From contig JBBTCT010000012.1 in the NCBI GenBank assembly GCA_038060895.1, positions 1 to 41,688 of the forward strand: a DNA stretch of 41,688 nucleotides, in the 5' to 3' direction. The translations under genes were made by a program, and so were the position numbers. Origin of the DNA: Planctomycetota bacterium. GTDB lineage: Bacteria > Planctomycetota > MHYJ01 > WSZJ01. The stretch's first letter is position 1; the number at the start of each line of letters is the position of its first letter. This document shows, in pieces, positions 33,061-41,688 of the stretch. The notes below the pieces were generated by a model. That model was not told where the DNA came from. It saw only the letters and a list, made by a program, of their open reading frames with translations, and did no database searches.

Positions 33061-35337
33061 CTACTTGAGCTGGTGCAGTCTCTTCGCTGCAAAGATCGCC
33101 GCGCGCTGCTCGTTCGTCATCCGCGCCGCGCCGATCGCCTTCGAGGTCGCCCGCTGAACGTCGACGTCCGCATCCGTGATCCCGGCGATCAGGGCCTTCA
33201 CCTGGTCCTCGCTCGGAACCGCGGCCGACAGCTGATAGATCTTCGCCAGGCCGCCTTCGGCTGCCGCGATCCGGACGCTCTTGTCGTTCGCTCCGTCCGC
33301 AAGAACCTTGGACAGGGCGTCCAGAGCGGAAGGATTTCCCAGCGCGCCGAGCGCCCAGCAGACAGGGCGACGGATCGTGTCGGTGCGGCCGTCCAGCGCC
33401 GCCACGCCGCCGTCCACCGCTTCCGCGAGGTTGGTGAACACCGTGTTCTGGATCTTGATCAGGGCGAGGGCGCCGGCAGCCGAGATCGCCGCCTTCTCCG
33501 CACGCGCTTTCGAACGGTCCATCGTCGGCTCGATCAGCGGGTCCAGCTTCGCCTGCCACGCTGCGCCGGCGATGTTCTTCTCGGCGTAATCCTTCACCTC
33601 GGCCTTGAAGATCCCCTGCCACTTCGTGACCTCCGCGGCATCCGCGCCGGTCACGACCACCGGAACCTGCTTCGTCCGGAGGTCCTGCTGGAGCGAATCG
33701 AGGACCGACGTCTCCGCCTGCTGCTTGCCCCGGATCTCGACGCTGAAGACGACCGTGTTCAGGGTCTGGCCGTCACAGATGATCACGTCCTCGATCGGGA
33801 ATTCCTTGATCTTGAGAAGCGCGTGCTTCGCGCTGGACGCCTGCACGACGTAGATCCCGGCCGTCGCCAGCTGGTCCGCCATCTGGGCGCGGATCGTATC
33901 GTCGGGCTCGACGAGAAGCGCCACCCGCACCGACTGTTCGCGGATCGCCTTGCCGAGGTTTCCGGCCACCAGCTCCATGTTCGCGAAATTCTGCGTCGGG
34001 TTCAGCCGGACGATCGCTTCCGCCGCCGCGTACTGCACCCGCTTGTCGATGTTCTTGAGCGCCTCGCAGAGCGGGGGGCCAACCACGTCGCCCGCCGCCG
34101 TCAGGTCGCTTCCCTGCGCCGTCATGCCAAGGGCCCAGCAGAGCGCCACGGAAACCTGAGGCGTGTCGTCCGCCAGCGACTTCGACAGACCGCGGTAGAG
34201 CGCGTCGCGCCCCGCCATGACGCCGAGGAAGTTCGCCTGCTCGATCATCTGCAGCTCGAGCTTGAGCGCGTCCATCTGCTCCGGCTTGATCTCGCCGAGG
34301 GCCAGCTGCTTCTCCCCGGTCTCGAGAGAAATCTGCGCTTCTTCATACTGCTGGAACGAAACACAGGCCAGCAGGCTCCACGCGTCCGCGTACGCGTTGT
34401 CAATCTGGATCGCGTCGTGGCACGCCTCTTCCGCCAGCTCTTCGTTCATCGCGAAGGGCGGGACGTCGCGGCCGACGATCTTGTTCTGGCTCGCGCTCCA
34501 GCGCCACACGACGTAGTCGCCGAACATGTAGTGCATCACGGCGGGATGCGAGCGATACCACCGCTCCGCCAGGATCACGTACGTCTCTTTCGCGCTCTTC
34601 CCGGACAGCCCCGTCTCCTCGGGATGATTCGCGACGATCCGGTCGATCGCCCGCTGCGCGAACGTCTTGACTTCCGCATCCGCCCCGCCGCTCTCGACGA
34701 TCCGGCGTAGCTCCGCCAGGCCGCGGATGTCCCCGATGTTGCCGAGAACCACGCACGCGTTCTGCTGCGTCAGCTTGTCCGTCGAGTTCAGCGCGTCCGC
34801 CACCGCCAGCGTCGCCTCGTCCTGCATGTGCGACAGGCAGACGATGACGTTCGTGCGAAGCGTCTCGCTCTTCGCGTCGCCCAGGCGCCCGATCAACGCG
34901 CCAAGGGCATACGCCCCGATCGCGCGCAGGTGCGCTTCCGCCTCCGTCACCTGCACGAATTTCGGCGAATCGAGCTGAAGCACGTAGGCTTCGATTTCCT
35001 CGCCGTTCTTCTTGAGATTCTGGGCCTTGCTCTTCGCCAGCTCCATGATGCGAAGGGCGGTCTGGCGGGTTTCGCCACCGTCCATGAGCATCATCTGAAG
35101 AGTTTTCCAGCTCATCTCATCGCGCATGTACAGGACGAGCTTGTCGTCGACCTTGATCCGGAGAGCCTGCTCCAGCTTTTCGTAGGCTTCCTTCTTCTGG
35201 CCGCGCTGGTACAGGTCGAGGCCTTCGCGATAAAGGGCCTTGAACTGTTCCTCGTCAGCGCCCTGCGCAAAAGCGACAGAGCCGGCGAAAAGGAAAGCGG
35301 ACAGCGTCAGCGACGTCAGAACTCGGGCGCGCATCAA
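33061..35337 (-). CDS. Exported HEAT-repeat protein with an embedded CheY-like receiver domain
   Basis: Signal peptide (AFA-Q). HEAT/PBS-like units (NACVVLGNIGD, VQYAAAEAIV, VCWALGALGNPSALDAL). Receiver-like VALLVEPD...DVIICD...DLRTKQVPVVV. Confidence 0.75.
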   Translation of the reverse strand: MMRARVLTSLTLSAFLFAGSVAFAQGADEEQFKALYREGLDLYQRGQKKEAYEKLEQALRIKVDDKLVLYMRDEMSWKTLQMMLMDGGETRQTALRIMELAKSKAQNLKKNGEEIEAYVLQLDSPKFVQVTEAEAHLRAIGAYALGALIGRLGDAKSETLRTNVIVCLSHMQDEATLAVADALNSTDKLTQQNACVVLGNIGDIRGLAELRRIVESGGADAEVKTFAQRAIDRIVANHPEETGLSGKSAKETYVILAERWYRSHPAVMHYMFGDYVVWRWSASQNKIVGRDVPPFAMNEELAEEACHDAIQIDNAYADAWSLLACVSFQQYEEAQISLETGEKQLALGEIKPEQMDALKLELQMIEQANFLGVMAGRDALYRGLSKSLADDTPQVSVALCWALGMTAQGSDLTAAGDVVGPPLCEALKNIDKRVQYAAAEAIVRLNPTQNFANMELVAGNLGKAIREQSVRVALLVEPDDTIRAQMADQLATAGIYVVQASSAKHALLKIKEFPIEDVIICDGQTLNTVVFSVEIRGKQQAETSVLDSLQQDLRTKQVPVVVTGADAAEVTKWQGIFKAEVKDYAEKNIAGAAWQAKLDPLIEPTMDRSKARAEKAAISAAGALALIKIQNTVFTNLAEAVDGGVAALDGRTDTIRRPVCWALGALGNPSALDALSKVLADGANDKSVRIAAAEGGLAKIYQLSAAVPSEDQVKALIAGITDADVDVQRATSKAIGAARMTNEQRAAIFAAKRLHQLK

Positions 35338-35504
35338 CCCCTCCTTTGAAGATCAGATCGGGGAACCCCCAGGCACTAAGGGGCGGGATTGTAGGAATGA
35401 GAGGGAAGCGGAGTCAAGGAAGAGAAGGTGTCCGCAGGCTGCTGCAGGGTGAAGGGAGGAAAGGGGTTACAGGAATGTCTGTCCTGGAAGCGGGGAACTT
35501 CTTC

Positions 35505-35722
35505 GGGGTCTGGAGTTCCGGAGGTTGAGTTCGGGGTTCCGGGTTCCGGGTTCCGAGTGAGGTTTTGAGTTCGAAGTTGCGCGTTGCGGTGCGACTGCGA
35601 TTGGCCCCCGAGAGGCCGCCGCGCCCCGTTGGAGAAACTCAATGAACTCAGAACTCGCAACTTCGCCCGGAACTCGGAACCCGGATCCCCGAACTCCACT
35701 TCCGGAACCCGCAACACTCAAC
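35505..35722. repeat. Heptamer-based long imperfect palindrome, family A copy 3
   Basis: GAGTTCCGGAGGTTGAGTTCGGGGTTCCGGG from 35513 and CCCCGAACTCCACTTCCGGAACCC ending 35710. Confidence 0.85.
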
Positions 35723-35725
35723 CAC

Positions 35726-36451
35726 CTACTTCGTCTCACTCCCCTTCTTCTGCCCTTCTCTCCACGCCCTCCCCCAGTCCGTCGATTTGAACCATTCCTG
35801 TGCCTTCGGCTTCTGCTCGCCGGTCAACAGCGGGTCGATCCTGTCTTTCAGCTTCTCGCGCGCACTGGCCATGATGTCGCCGCGCCAGCCGATCATGTTG
35901 TCGCCCGCCTCCCCCTGCGCCAGCTTCTCTTCCTCTTCCTTCATGATGTCCGCGACCAGCTGGTCCACCGCGGCCGCCTGCGAACCTGCCAGGCCGAGAT
36001 GCGTCTTCAGCGCGTTCGACTCCGTGTCGATCCATCCTTTCAGGAATCCTTTCACGCGCTTCCGCGCCGTCTCGTCCATCAGGTCCTCGACCTGCGACTC
36101 GATCGGCTTGCCGCCCGCCGCATTGACGACCCCCGCGAGCCGTTCACCCTCGACCGTCCTCCTCGCGTTCTCGCGCGTGACGTCGGACAGGAGCGAATTC
36201 CACTCGCCCGATGAATTCTCCTGGTGCCTGTCGAGCTTCGCCTCGATTTCGTCGAGCCGCTTCACCAGTTTCTCAACTTCTGCCCGGTCCGCCTCAGTCA
36301 TGGCCGACAGCGGCTTCGAGGTCGTGGGCTGCCCGGACGCGTCCACCCGGGAAGGACGGGCCGAGATGTCCGCGCGCACCGGCGCGAACCACGCCGCCGC
36401 GGCGCCGGCAGCGGCCGCGAGCACCATCGCAATCGGCAGAAGCGCTTTCAT
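35726..36451 (-). CDS. Hypothetical membrane-anchored helical protein (paralog 3)
   Basis: Start MKALLPIAMVL via an ATGA overlap. N-terminal hydrophobic segment, coiled coil, and LGLAGSQ...LLTGEQ motifs. Confidence 0.75.
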   Translation of the reverse strand: MKALLPIAMVLAAAAGAAAAWFAPVRADISARPSRVDASGQPTTSKPLSAMTEADRAEVEKLVKRLDEIEAKLDRHQENSSGEWNSLLSDVTRENARRTVEGERLAGVVNAAGGKPIESQVEDLMDETARKRVKGFLKGWIDTESNALKTHLGLAGSQAAAVDQLVADIMKEEEEKLAQGEAGDNMIGWRGDIMASAREKLKDRIDPLLTGEQKPKAQEWFKSTDWGRAWREGQKKGSETK

Positions 36452-37194
36452 CGGCCGCCTCCCCCGCCGCCGCCCGGCCTGAACGGGTCCTGATAGAAGG
36501 TGGGCTCCACCTCCTTCTTCCAGGTGTCGTACTGCTCCGGCTTCAGCACTTCCTTCATCTTGGCGTCCGTTCTCACCTTCGTGTCCTCCACCTTCGTCTC
36601 CAGCACCTTCTGGTCCACCGCCTCGCCGCTGAATATCTGCGCGAGCGTGTCGCTCCACTCCGTGTAGATCGCCTCGAAGTACTTCTTGAGCTCTTCCATC
36701 TGCTCCTCGGAGAGGTTCATCTTCTCCTTCGCGGACTTCATCTGCTTCTGGCCCTGGCCCTTGAGAAGCTTCTTCATGTCCTTCTTCCGCTTCTCCAGCA
36801 GCCCCGCCCGCACCTGCTCCTCGAGGATCGCGTCCGTCAGCTCCTTCGGCGGGTTCGCCTTGATCTCCGCCAGCTTCGCCATGATCTCCATCGCCTGCCC
36901 GTCGATCTCGTCCGACGCCCGCCCCGCCTCTTCCTGGAACGCCTTCACGCTGAATTCGTAGTCCGAGTCCGACTGCGCCAGCCGCCTTTCCAGCATCTCC
37001 AGCCGCGACGCCAGCGCCCCGCGCGGGTCGTTCACGTCGGGCTTCGCGGCGTCGGGAAGGGCGCCCGGTTCGGGGGCCTGCTCGAGGGCGGTGACCTTTC
37101 TTTCGAGCTGCTTCAGGTCGTGAAGCGCCCATCCGGCGACACCGGCCAGCGCGACCGAGATGACGCAGCTGGCCGCGGCGAGTTTGTTGCTCAT
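36448..37194 (-). CDS. Hypothetical membrane-anchored helical protein (paralog 2)
   Basis: Start MSNKLAAASC via an ATGA overlap. TM segment, coiled coil, MNLSEEQ...VLKPEQY and a Gly-rich tail. Confidence 0.78.
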   Translation of the reverse strand: MSNKLAAASCVISVALAGVAGWALHDLKQLERKVTALEQAPEPGALPDAAKPDVNDPRGALASRLEMLERRLAQSDSDYEFSVKAFQEEAGRASDEIDGQAMEIMAKLAEIKANPPKELTDAILEEQVRAGLLEKRKKDMKKLLKGQGQKQMKSAKEKMNLSEEQMEELKKYFEAIYTEWSDTLAQIFSGEAVDQKVLETKVEDTKVRTDAKMKEVLKPEQYDTWKKEVEPTFYQDPFRPGGGGGGGR

Positions 37195-37934
37195 TGCCCG
37201 CCTCCCTGCTGGCCGCCCTGCCCGTCGCCGCTCTGGCGTCCGCCGCCGCCGCCCCACTGTTTTTTCTGGATGTCCTGGTACTTCTTGAACTGGTCCTCGC
37301 TCATGAACCCCTGCATCTTCGTGTTCGACTCCGTCACGAGTTCCTGGAACTTCGCCGGGTTTCCTTCTCCGTCCATGAAACTCGATCCCATCTCCGAGAA
37401 CTTGTCGAACATCTCCCCGCTGACCTGGTCGAACTGCGCGCACTGGTCCGGCGTCAGCCCCAGCTCCGTCTTCACCTTCTCCATCTCGCCCTTCATCCGC
37501 TCGCCCATGAACTTCTTGAACATCGCCTTCTGCTGCTCCGTCCGGATCTTCTTCGTCAGCTCCGCCACCTTCTCCTTGTCCGCCGACTTCTTCGCCAGCT
37601 CTTCCTTCAGCGCCAGCGATTCCTTCGCAATCTCCTGCAGCGACTCGTCCGTGCGCTGCTTGATCCCCGCGAACCGCTCTTTGGCATCCCTAAGCGCCTT
37701 CGTCTCCCGCTCGATTTTCAGGTCGACTTTCACCGAGCACGCTTCGATCCGCTTCGCCATCTCGGCCACCTCATAAGGTGAGGGGGGCGGCTCTTGGCCT
37801 GCGCCCGTCGAAGGAGCGCCAGCGGCGGGTGGCGGCACCGCGTGGAGTCGCTTGCCGAGTGAAGCGGCCTGTGCGATCGCAGCGACGAGCAAAGCGGTTG
37901 CGACGGCAATAGTGAGAAGAGCGACGACTTTCAT
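37191..37934 (-). CDS. Hypothetical membrane-anchored helical protein (paralog 1)
   Basis: Start MKVVALLTIAV. TM/signal segment, coiled coil, LGLTPDQ...FMSEDQF and a Gly/Gln tail. Confidence 0.78.
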   Translation of the reverse strand: MKVVALLTIAVATALLVAAIAQAASLGKRLHAVPPPAAGAPSTGAGQEPPPSPYEVAEMAKRIEACSVKVDLKIERETKALRDAKERFAGIKQRTDESLQEIAKESLALKEELAKKSADKEKVAELTKKIRTEQQKAMFKKFMGERMKGEMEKVKTELGLTPDQCAQFDQVSGEMFDKFSEMGSSFMDGEGNPAKFQELVTESNTKMQGFMSEDQFKKYQDIQKKQWGGGGGRQSGDGQGGQQGGGQ

Positions 37935-38015
37935 GGTGCCCCCGTGAATCGTGGCGATCCAAGAGATACGCCGGAGAAGGAGGGATGTTGGCGAACCGCG
38001 GTCCGTCCAGCGCGA

Positions 38016-38043
38016 TTGACACCCCGGCAAGCCCCGCTAGACT
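38016..38043 (+). promoter_or_regulatory. Sigma70-type promoter for tRNA-Cys
   Basis: TTGACA (38016-38021), 16-nt spacer, TAGACT (38038-38043), then a GC-rich discriminator as in stable-RNA promoters. Confidence 0.65.
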
Positions 38044-38065
38044 GCGTCGTCGCCGTAGCCCTTTT

Positions 38066-38157
38066 CCGCTATTCCGAGTGGGCCTCTCCTGTTTTCGAGG
38101 GTCGCGCGGCCGTTCGTGCGACCCTCGAAAACAGGAGAGGCCCACTCGGAATAGCGG
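38066..38157. repeat. Perfect 40-bp inverted repeat in the tRNA 5' leader
   Basis: 38066-38105 is the exact reverse complement of 38118-38157. The right arm includes tRNA G1-G2. Confidence 0.95.
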
Positions 38158-38226
38158 CGGGTTAGCCAAGTGGTAAGGCAATGGTTTGCAAAACCATCAT
38201 CTCCGGTTCAAATCCGGAACCCGCCT
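38156..38226 (+). tRNA. tRNA-Cys (GCA), CCA not encoded
   Basis: Acceptor GGCGGGT/ACCCGCC plus U73 discriminator. D-arm GCC-AAGTGGTAA-GGC. Anticodon arm ATGGT-TTGCAAA-ACCAT with GCA at 38188-38190. T-arm TCCGG-TTCAAAT-CCGGA. Confidence 0.95.
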
Positions 38227-38326
38227 TTGCGAAGGGGTCGGACGTGAAAAAAGCGGGCGGCTGGAGGCGCACCCTGCGCGCCTCGCAGCCGCCCGCTTTT
38301 TTCACGTCCGACCCCTTCGCAAAGGC
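38223..38326. repeat. Perfect 41-bp inverted repeat (plus inner 7-bp stem) in the tRNA 3' trailer; may also act as a bidirectional terminator
   Basis: 38223-38263 is the exact reverse complement of 38286-38326, with inner GAGGCGC/GCGCCTC. Contains A6/T6 tracts. The left arm includes the last 4 nt of the tRNA. Confidence 0.93.
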
Positions 38327-38329
38327 CGG

Positions 38330-39415
38330 CTAAGGCAATCCTGCCGGGTTCTTAGACGCTTCCGCCAGCGCCTTCTGGGCCATTCGGCCTACGGCCAGGG
38401 TGACGAGCAAGCTCGCTCCCAGTGCGGTCCAGAGGGCCCAGTTGATCCGGAGACCGTCTCCCCTGGCCGTCGCGAGGTACTCGGTCGCGGTCTTCTGGCG
38501 GTCGCGCGCCGTGCCGGGACGGCCGTGGTCGAAGAAATTCGCCGCTTCACGCGCCTGGAAGCCTGCGGCGTGGAGCGCGTCGGCGACGCGGTGGCGTGCG
38601 GATTCGGGGGATTCTCCGGGGCGCGGGGGCGGCTCGGCCGATCCGGCGCGGAGGCGGTTGGCGAGGGAGTCCACGAGGGACGCGAGGCGCGCCTGTTCGA
38701 CGGGTTCGCCGGGCTCGTTTTCGCGCCAGAGGACGAGCTGGCGGTTGCGCAGCCAGGTGATGCCGGCCTTGACGGACTCGGGATCGGACGGTCCCTTGTC
38801 CATCAGGACCAGCGGCGGGCGCGGACCGGCCTCGGCCATTTCGCGCTTCGCCTCCTCGGCAGCCTTTCCGAGCGCCGCAGCAGCCGTGGTCAGGATGAGA
38901 GTGGCGGGGATCATGCCGACGAGCGAGAAGAAAGCGAAAGTCGGGAGGCGCACGCGCGTGAGGCCGAAGGCGTAGTTAAGGAGGACGTATGGAAAGGCGG
39001 GCGAAAGGCGCATGAGGATCACGATTTTCCAGGCGTCGCCTGCGACGGCGCGGTCGAGGGCCTGGAAGCGCGGCGAGTCGGCGAACTTTTTCGCGAAGCG
39101 GTCGCGGAGGAGGTAGCGGGCGACGAGGAACGCGAGGCAGGCGGCCAGGGTCGAGGCGGAAAGGGAGATGGCGGTGCCGCGGGCGGTGCCGTAAAGGAGG
39201 CCCGCGGTGAAGGTCAGGGCGGAGCCGGGGATTAAGGCGAGGGTGAAGAGGACGTAGAGGGCGACGTAGAGGACGGGGGCCCATGCGCCGTAGGTTTCGA
39301 TGCGGACCTGGGCGGCGGCGATCCAGTCGAGGAGAGGCAGGAAATAGGCGATGGTGGTCGCCGCGATGGCGGCGGCGATCAGTATGGCCCAGCGGGCGAG
39401 GCGGGTGCGGGGCAT
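38330..39415 (-). CDS. TVP38/TMEM64 (DedA superfamily, VTT domain) membrane protein with a large soluble insertion
   Basis: IPGSALTFTAGLLYG, AFLVARYLLRD, LMRLSPAFPYVLLNYAFGLTRV and GMIPAT. Confidence 0.88.
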   Translation of the reverse strand: MPRTRLARWAILIAAAIAATTIAYFLPLLDWIAAAQVRIETYGAWAPVLYVALYVLFTLALIPGSALTFTAGLLYGTARGTAISLSASTLAACLAFLVARYLLRDRFAKKFADSPRFQALDRAVAGDAWKIVILMRLSPAFPYVLLNYAFGLTRVRLPTFAFFSLVGMIPATLILTTAAAALGKAAEEAKREMAEAGPRPPLVLMDKGPSDPESVKAGITWLRNRQLVLWRENEPGEPVEQARLASLVDSLANRLRAGSAEPPPRPGESPESARHRVADALHAAGFQAREAANFFDHGRPGTARDRQKTATEYLATARGDGLRINWALWTALGASLLVTLAVGRMAQKALAEASKNPAGLP

Positions 39416-39459
39416 GCGGGGCGCGGAGTATAGGGGCTGGGGAAAGGCAAGGGCTTAAT

Positions 39460-39562
39460 TTATAATATCAAATATCTAATATATAATATTCAATGTAAGG
39501 GCCGCTCGGGCTCGCAGCTCATTAGACATTCGATATTGGACACTCGATAATTCGACATTAAT
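39460..39562. repeat. AT-rich heptamer-periodic palindrome, family C copy 2
   Basis: Shares exact AATATCAAATATCTAATAT and ATTCGATATTGGA with 16071-16138. Confidence 0.8.
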
Positions 39563-39601
39563 CCGTTCCTGCTCAACTCCCTCGCCGTTAGCCTCCCTCA
39601 A

Positions 39602-40981
39602 ATGGCCCTCGCCCTCGTCATCGACGATGAACCCTCCATCTGCTGGGCCTTCCGGCAGATGCTCGAGGGCAAGGGCCACCGCGCGGTCGTCGCGCCCACC
39701 GCCGAGGAAGGCCTCGCCGCCCTCTCCCCCGAGGTTGATCTCGTCGTCCTCGACGTACGCCTCCCCGGGATGGACGGGCTCACCGCGCTCCGCCGCATCC
39801 GCGAACGCCGCCCCGACCTGCCCGTCATCGTAATCACGGCCCACGGGACGATGCAGACCGCCGTCGAGGCGATCAAGTCCGGCGCTTTCGAGTACCTCAC
39901 CAAGCCGGTCGATCTTGCTGAAGCTGAATCCGCGGTCGCGCGTGCTCTCGAGCGGCGGGCGATGTCGAAGGAGGTCGCAAAACACCAGGGCGAATCCGAC
40001 CTGGGCGGGCTTGTCGGCTCCACCGCGGCGATGCAGGACGTCTTCAAGAAGATAGGCGCCGTTTGCCTGACCGACGCGACAGTTCTCATCACGGGCGAAA
40101 GCGGGACCGGCAAGGAACTCGTCGCGCGCGCCATCCACTCGAACTCGCGGCGTGCAAAGAAAAACTTCGAGCCAATCAACTGCGCCTCGCTTCCGGAAGG
40201 CCTGGTGGAAAGCGAGCTCTTCGGCCACGAAAAAGGCGCGTTCACGGGGGCCATCCGCACCAAGCCGGGCCGCTTCGAGATCGCGCAGGGCGGCACCGTC
40301 TTCCTCGACGAGGTCGGCGACCTGCCCCAGCCCGCCCAGGCAAAGCTCCTGCGCTTCCTCGAGGACCGGTCCTTCACACGCGTCGGCGGCACCGACCGGC
40401 TCACCGCCGACGTGCGGATCGTCGCCGCCACCAATCGCGACCTCCGCCAGCTCGTCGCCGACGGCGCGTACCGCGAGGATCTCTTCTACCGTCTCAACGT
40501 CGTCTCCATCGTCCTGCCGCCGCTGCGCGAACGCAAATCCGACCTCCCGCGCCTCGTCGCCCGCTTCCTCCAGGACGGCGGCAACGCCGGCAAGGCGGTG
40601 AGCGAAGCGGCGCTGGAAGCCATGATGTCGTACGACTGGCCCGGAAACGTCCGCGAACTGCGCAACGCCGTCGAGCAGTCCCTGGTGCTCTCGCGCGGCG
40701 GGGCGATCCTCCCTGAGCACCTGCCCCCCCGCCTTCACGCGAAAGCCGGCGGGCCCGACGATGAGCAGGCAAAGCTGCTCGTGGAGCGGTGGCTGGCCGA
40801 AGCACCCGAGGGCGCGGCGTGGGACGCGGTGAGCGACAAGTGGGAGAAGCTGCTGGTGGAGAAAGCGCTGACAGACGCGAAAGGATCGCTGAGCGCGGCG
40901 AGCCGGAGGCTGGGGATCAACCGGGCGACGCTGAGGAAGAAGATGGAGAGGCACGGCCTGCGGGGGGAGGCGGACCCGTGA
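39602..40981 (+). CDS. Sigma54-dependent response regulator (NtrC/AtoC family)
   Basis: Receiver (VIDDE, LDVRLPGMDG), Walker A GESGTGKE, ESELFGHEKGAFTGA, FLDEVGD, FYRLNV, WPGNVRELRN and a Fis-type HTH (LGINRATLRKK). Confidence 0.96.
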   Translation: MALALVIDDEPSICWAFRQMLEGKGHRAVVAPTAEEGLAALSPEVDLVVLDVRLPGMDGLTALRRIRERRPDLPVIVITAHGTMQTAVEAIKSGAFEYLTKPVDLAEAESAVARALERRAMSKEVAKHQGESDLGGLVGSTAAMQDVFKKIGAVCLTDATVLITGESGTGKELVARAIHSNSRRAKKNFEPINCASLPEGLVESELFGHEKGAFTGAIRTKPGRFEIAQGGTVFLDEVGDLPQPAQAKLLRFLEDRSFTRVGGTDRLTADVRIVAATNRDLRQLVADGAYREDLFYRLNVVSIVLPPLRERKSDLPRLVARFLQDGGNAGKAVSEAALEAMMSYDWPGNVRELRNAVEQSLVLSRGGAILPEHLPPRLHAKAGGPDDEQAKLLVERWLAEAPEGAAWDAVSDKWEKLLVEKALTDAKGSLSAASRRLGINRATLRKKMERHGLRGEADP

Positions 40982-41023
40982 TTGATTGAGAGTTGAATGT
41001 TTGCCTTTTGGTATTATCAAGCC

Positions 41024-41688
41024 ATGTGCTGCCACAACTCATCATGTCGCCCCAGCGGCTTCCTGTCCTGGATGGCGTCCTGGCTGACCTTCCCCCTCTG
41101 CCCCCTCCTCTCCGCCCCGCTTGCCGCGATTTCCGTAGTCCGTGCGGTCCGGAGCGGAAGCGCCGCCGCGATGACGCGCAGCGCGCTCCTCTCGCCCTTC
41201 GTGGTCGTGACCATGTGCGTCGCGATCGGCGCTTCGGCGGACTACTCCCGCGGCCGCGCCGTCTGGCACACCGTGCCCGACTGCTGCAGCCATAGGCAGG
41301 TGGAAACAACCGCGAGCTGGAGCATCCACACGAAAACACGGGCCCCGATCGACGCGCGCCGGCCGCACGGTCACCAGTACTTCACCTGGCGCGTCTCCAA
41401 CCGGGTCGTGAAGACCCTGCACCGGCTCTTCGGGCCGCAGCGGGGCGCCTACGCCGGTTCGCTTCCCTCCCCGGTGGACGTCGAGGCCGCGTTCGTCGCC
41501 TCCGGCCGTCTCGCCTCCCCGACGCAGATGCAGGATCTCATGGGGTACGTGATGGGCGGACACGTGGACGAAGCGCCGCGATTCGATTGCCAGTGGGCGG
41601 GGGACGAGCGCGAGCAGGACGGTTACAGGAACGCCGCCGGTCACCTCTTTGGCTGGGGCAAACGCGGTGTCCTCGAGGCCGTCGGTAC
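41024..41688 (+). CDS. Hypothetical membrane protein, 3'-truncated by the window end
   Basis: Hand translation from ATG 41024 (MCCHNSSCRPSGFLSW...) is open to the end of the window, with two hydrophobic segments and GC-rich third positions. Absent from the ORF track, probably because it has no stop in the window. Confidence 0.55.
   Translation, partial: MCCHNSSCRPSGFLSWMASWLTFPLCPLLSAPLAAISVVRAVRSGSAAAMTRSALLSPFVVVTMCVAIGASADYSRGRAVWHTVPDCCSHRQVETTASWSIHTKTRAPIDARRPHGHQYFTWRVSNRVVKTLHRLFGPQRGAYAGSLPSPVDVEAAFVASGRLASPTQMQDLMGYVMGGHVDEAPRFDCQWAGDEREQDGYRNAAGHLFGWGKRGVLEAVG

Noticed and set aside
38156-38226. tRNA-Sec or UGA-suppressor tRNA
   Set aside because: The anticodon is GCA, with a short variable loop and a standard 7/5 fold. 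It is a normal tRNA-Cys apart from U32.
39602-40981. Orphan NtrC-family regulator as a novel system
   Set aside because: Canonical architecture. Orphan regulators are common, and no sigma54 -24/-12 site could be supported nearby.
38156-41688. Integrative element at tRNA-Cys
   Set aside because: No integrase and no direct-repeat duplicate of the tRNA 3' end in the window.

Overview
GC-rich bacterial chromosomal segment. A Planctomycetota-like origin is inferred from the Hanks kinase with a DLG motif, the exported HEAT-repeat protein and the heptamer palindromes; this is not proven. No mobile element, CRISPR array or rRNA was seen. Gene order: hypothetical membrane protein; a giant lipoprotein alpha-2-macroglobulin (A2M); rsmB, ribE, trmD; two tandem, mutually divergent membrane pyrophosphatases; a minus-strand two-component/ArnT/amino-sugar surface-modification cluster with several methyltransferases; a Ser/Thr kinase; TPR and HEAT proteins; three paralogous membrane-anchored helical proteins; tRNA-Cys; a DedA/TVP38 protein; a sigma54-dependent response regulator; and a partial ORF. 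Top observation: ORFs 1095..5477 and 5511..6872 are one in-frame A2M gene interrupted by a single TGA exactly at the Cys of the thioester motif (RLPHG-TGA-FEQ versus canonical GCxEQ), followed by a modest hairpin. This is a candidate selenocysteine (selenoester) or otherwise UGA-recoded alpha-2-macroglobulin. Also notable: tRNA-Cys is bracketed by two perfect 40-41 bp inverted repeats that overlap its ends, and four unrelated families of 7-nt-periodic intergenic palindromes occur, several abutting stop codons.
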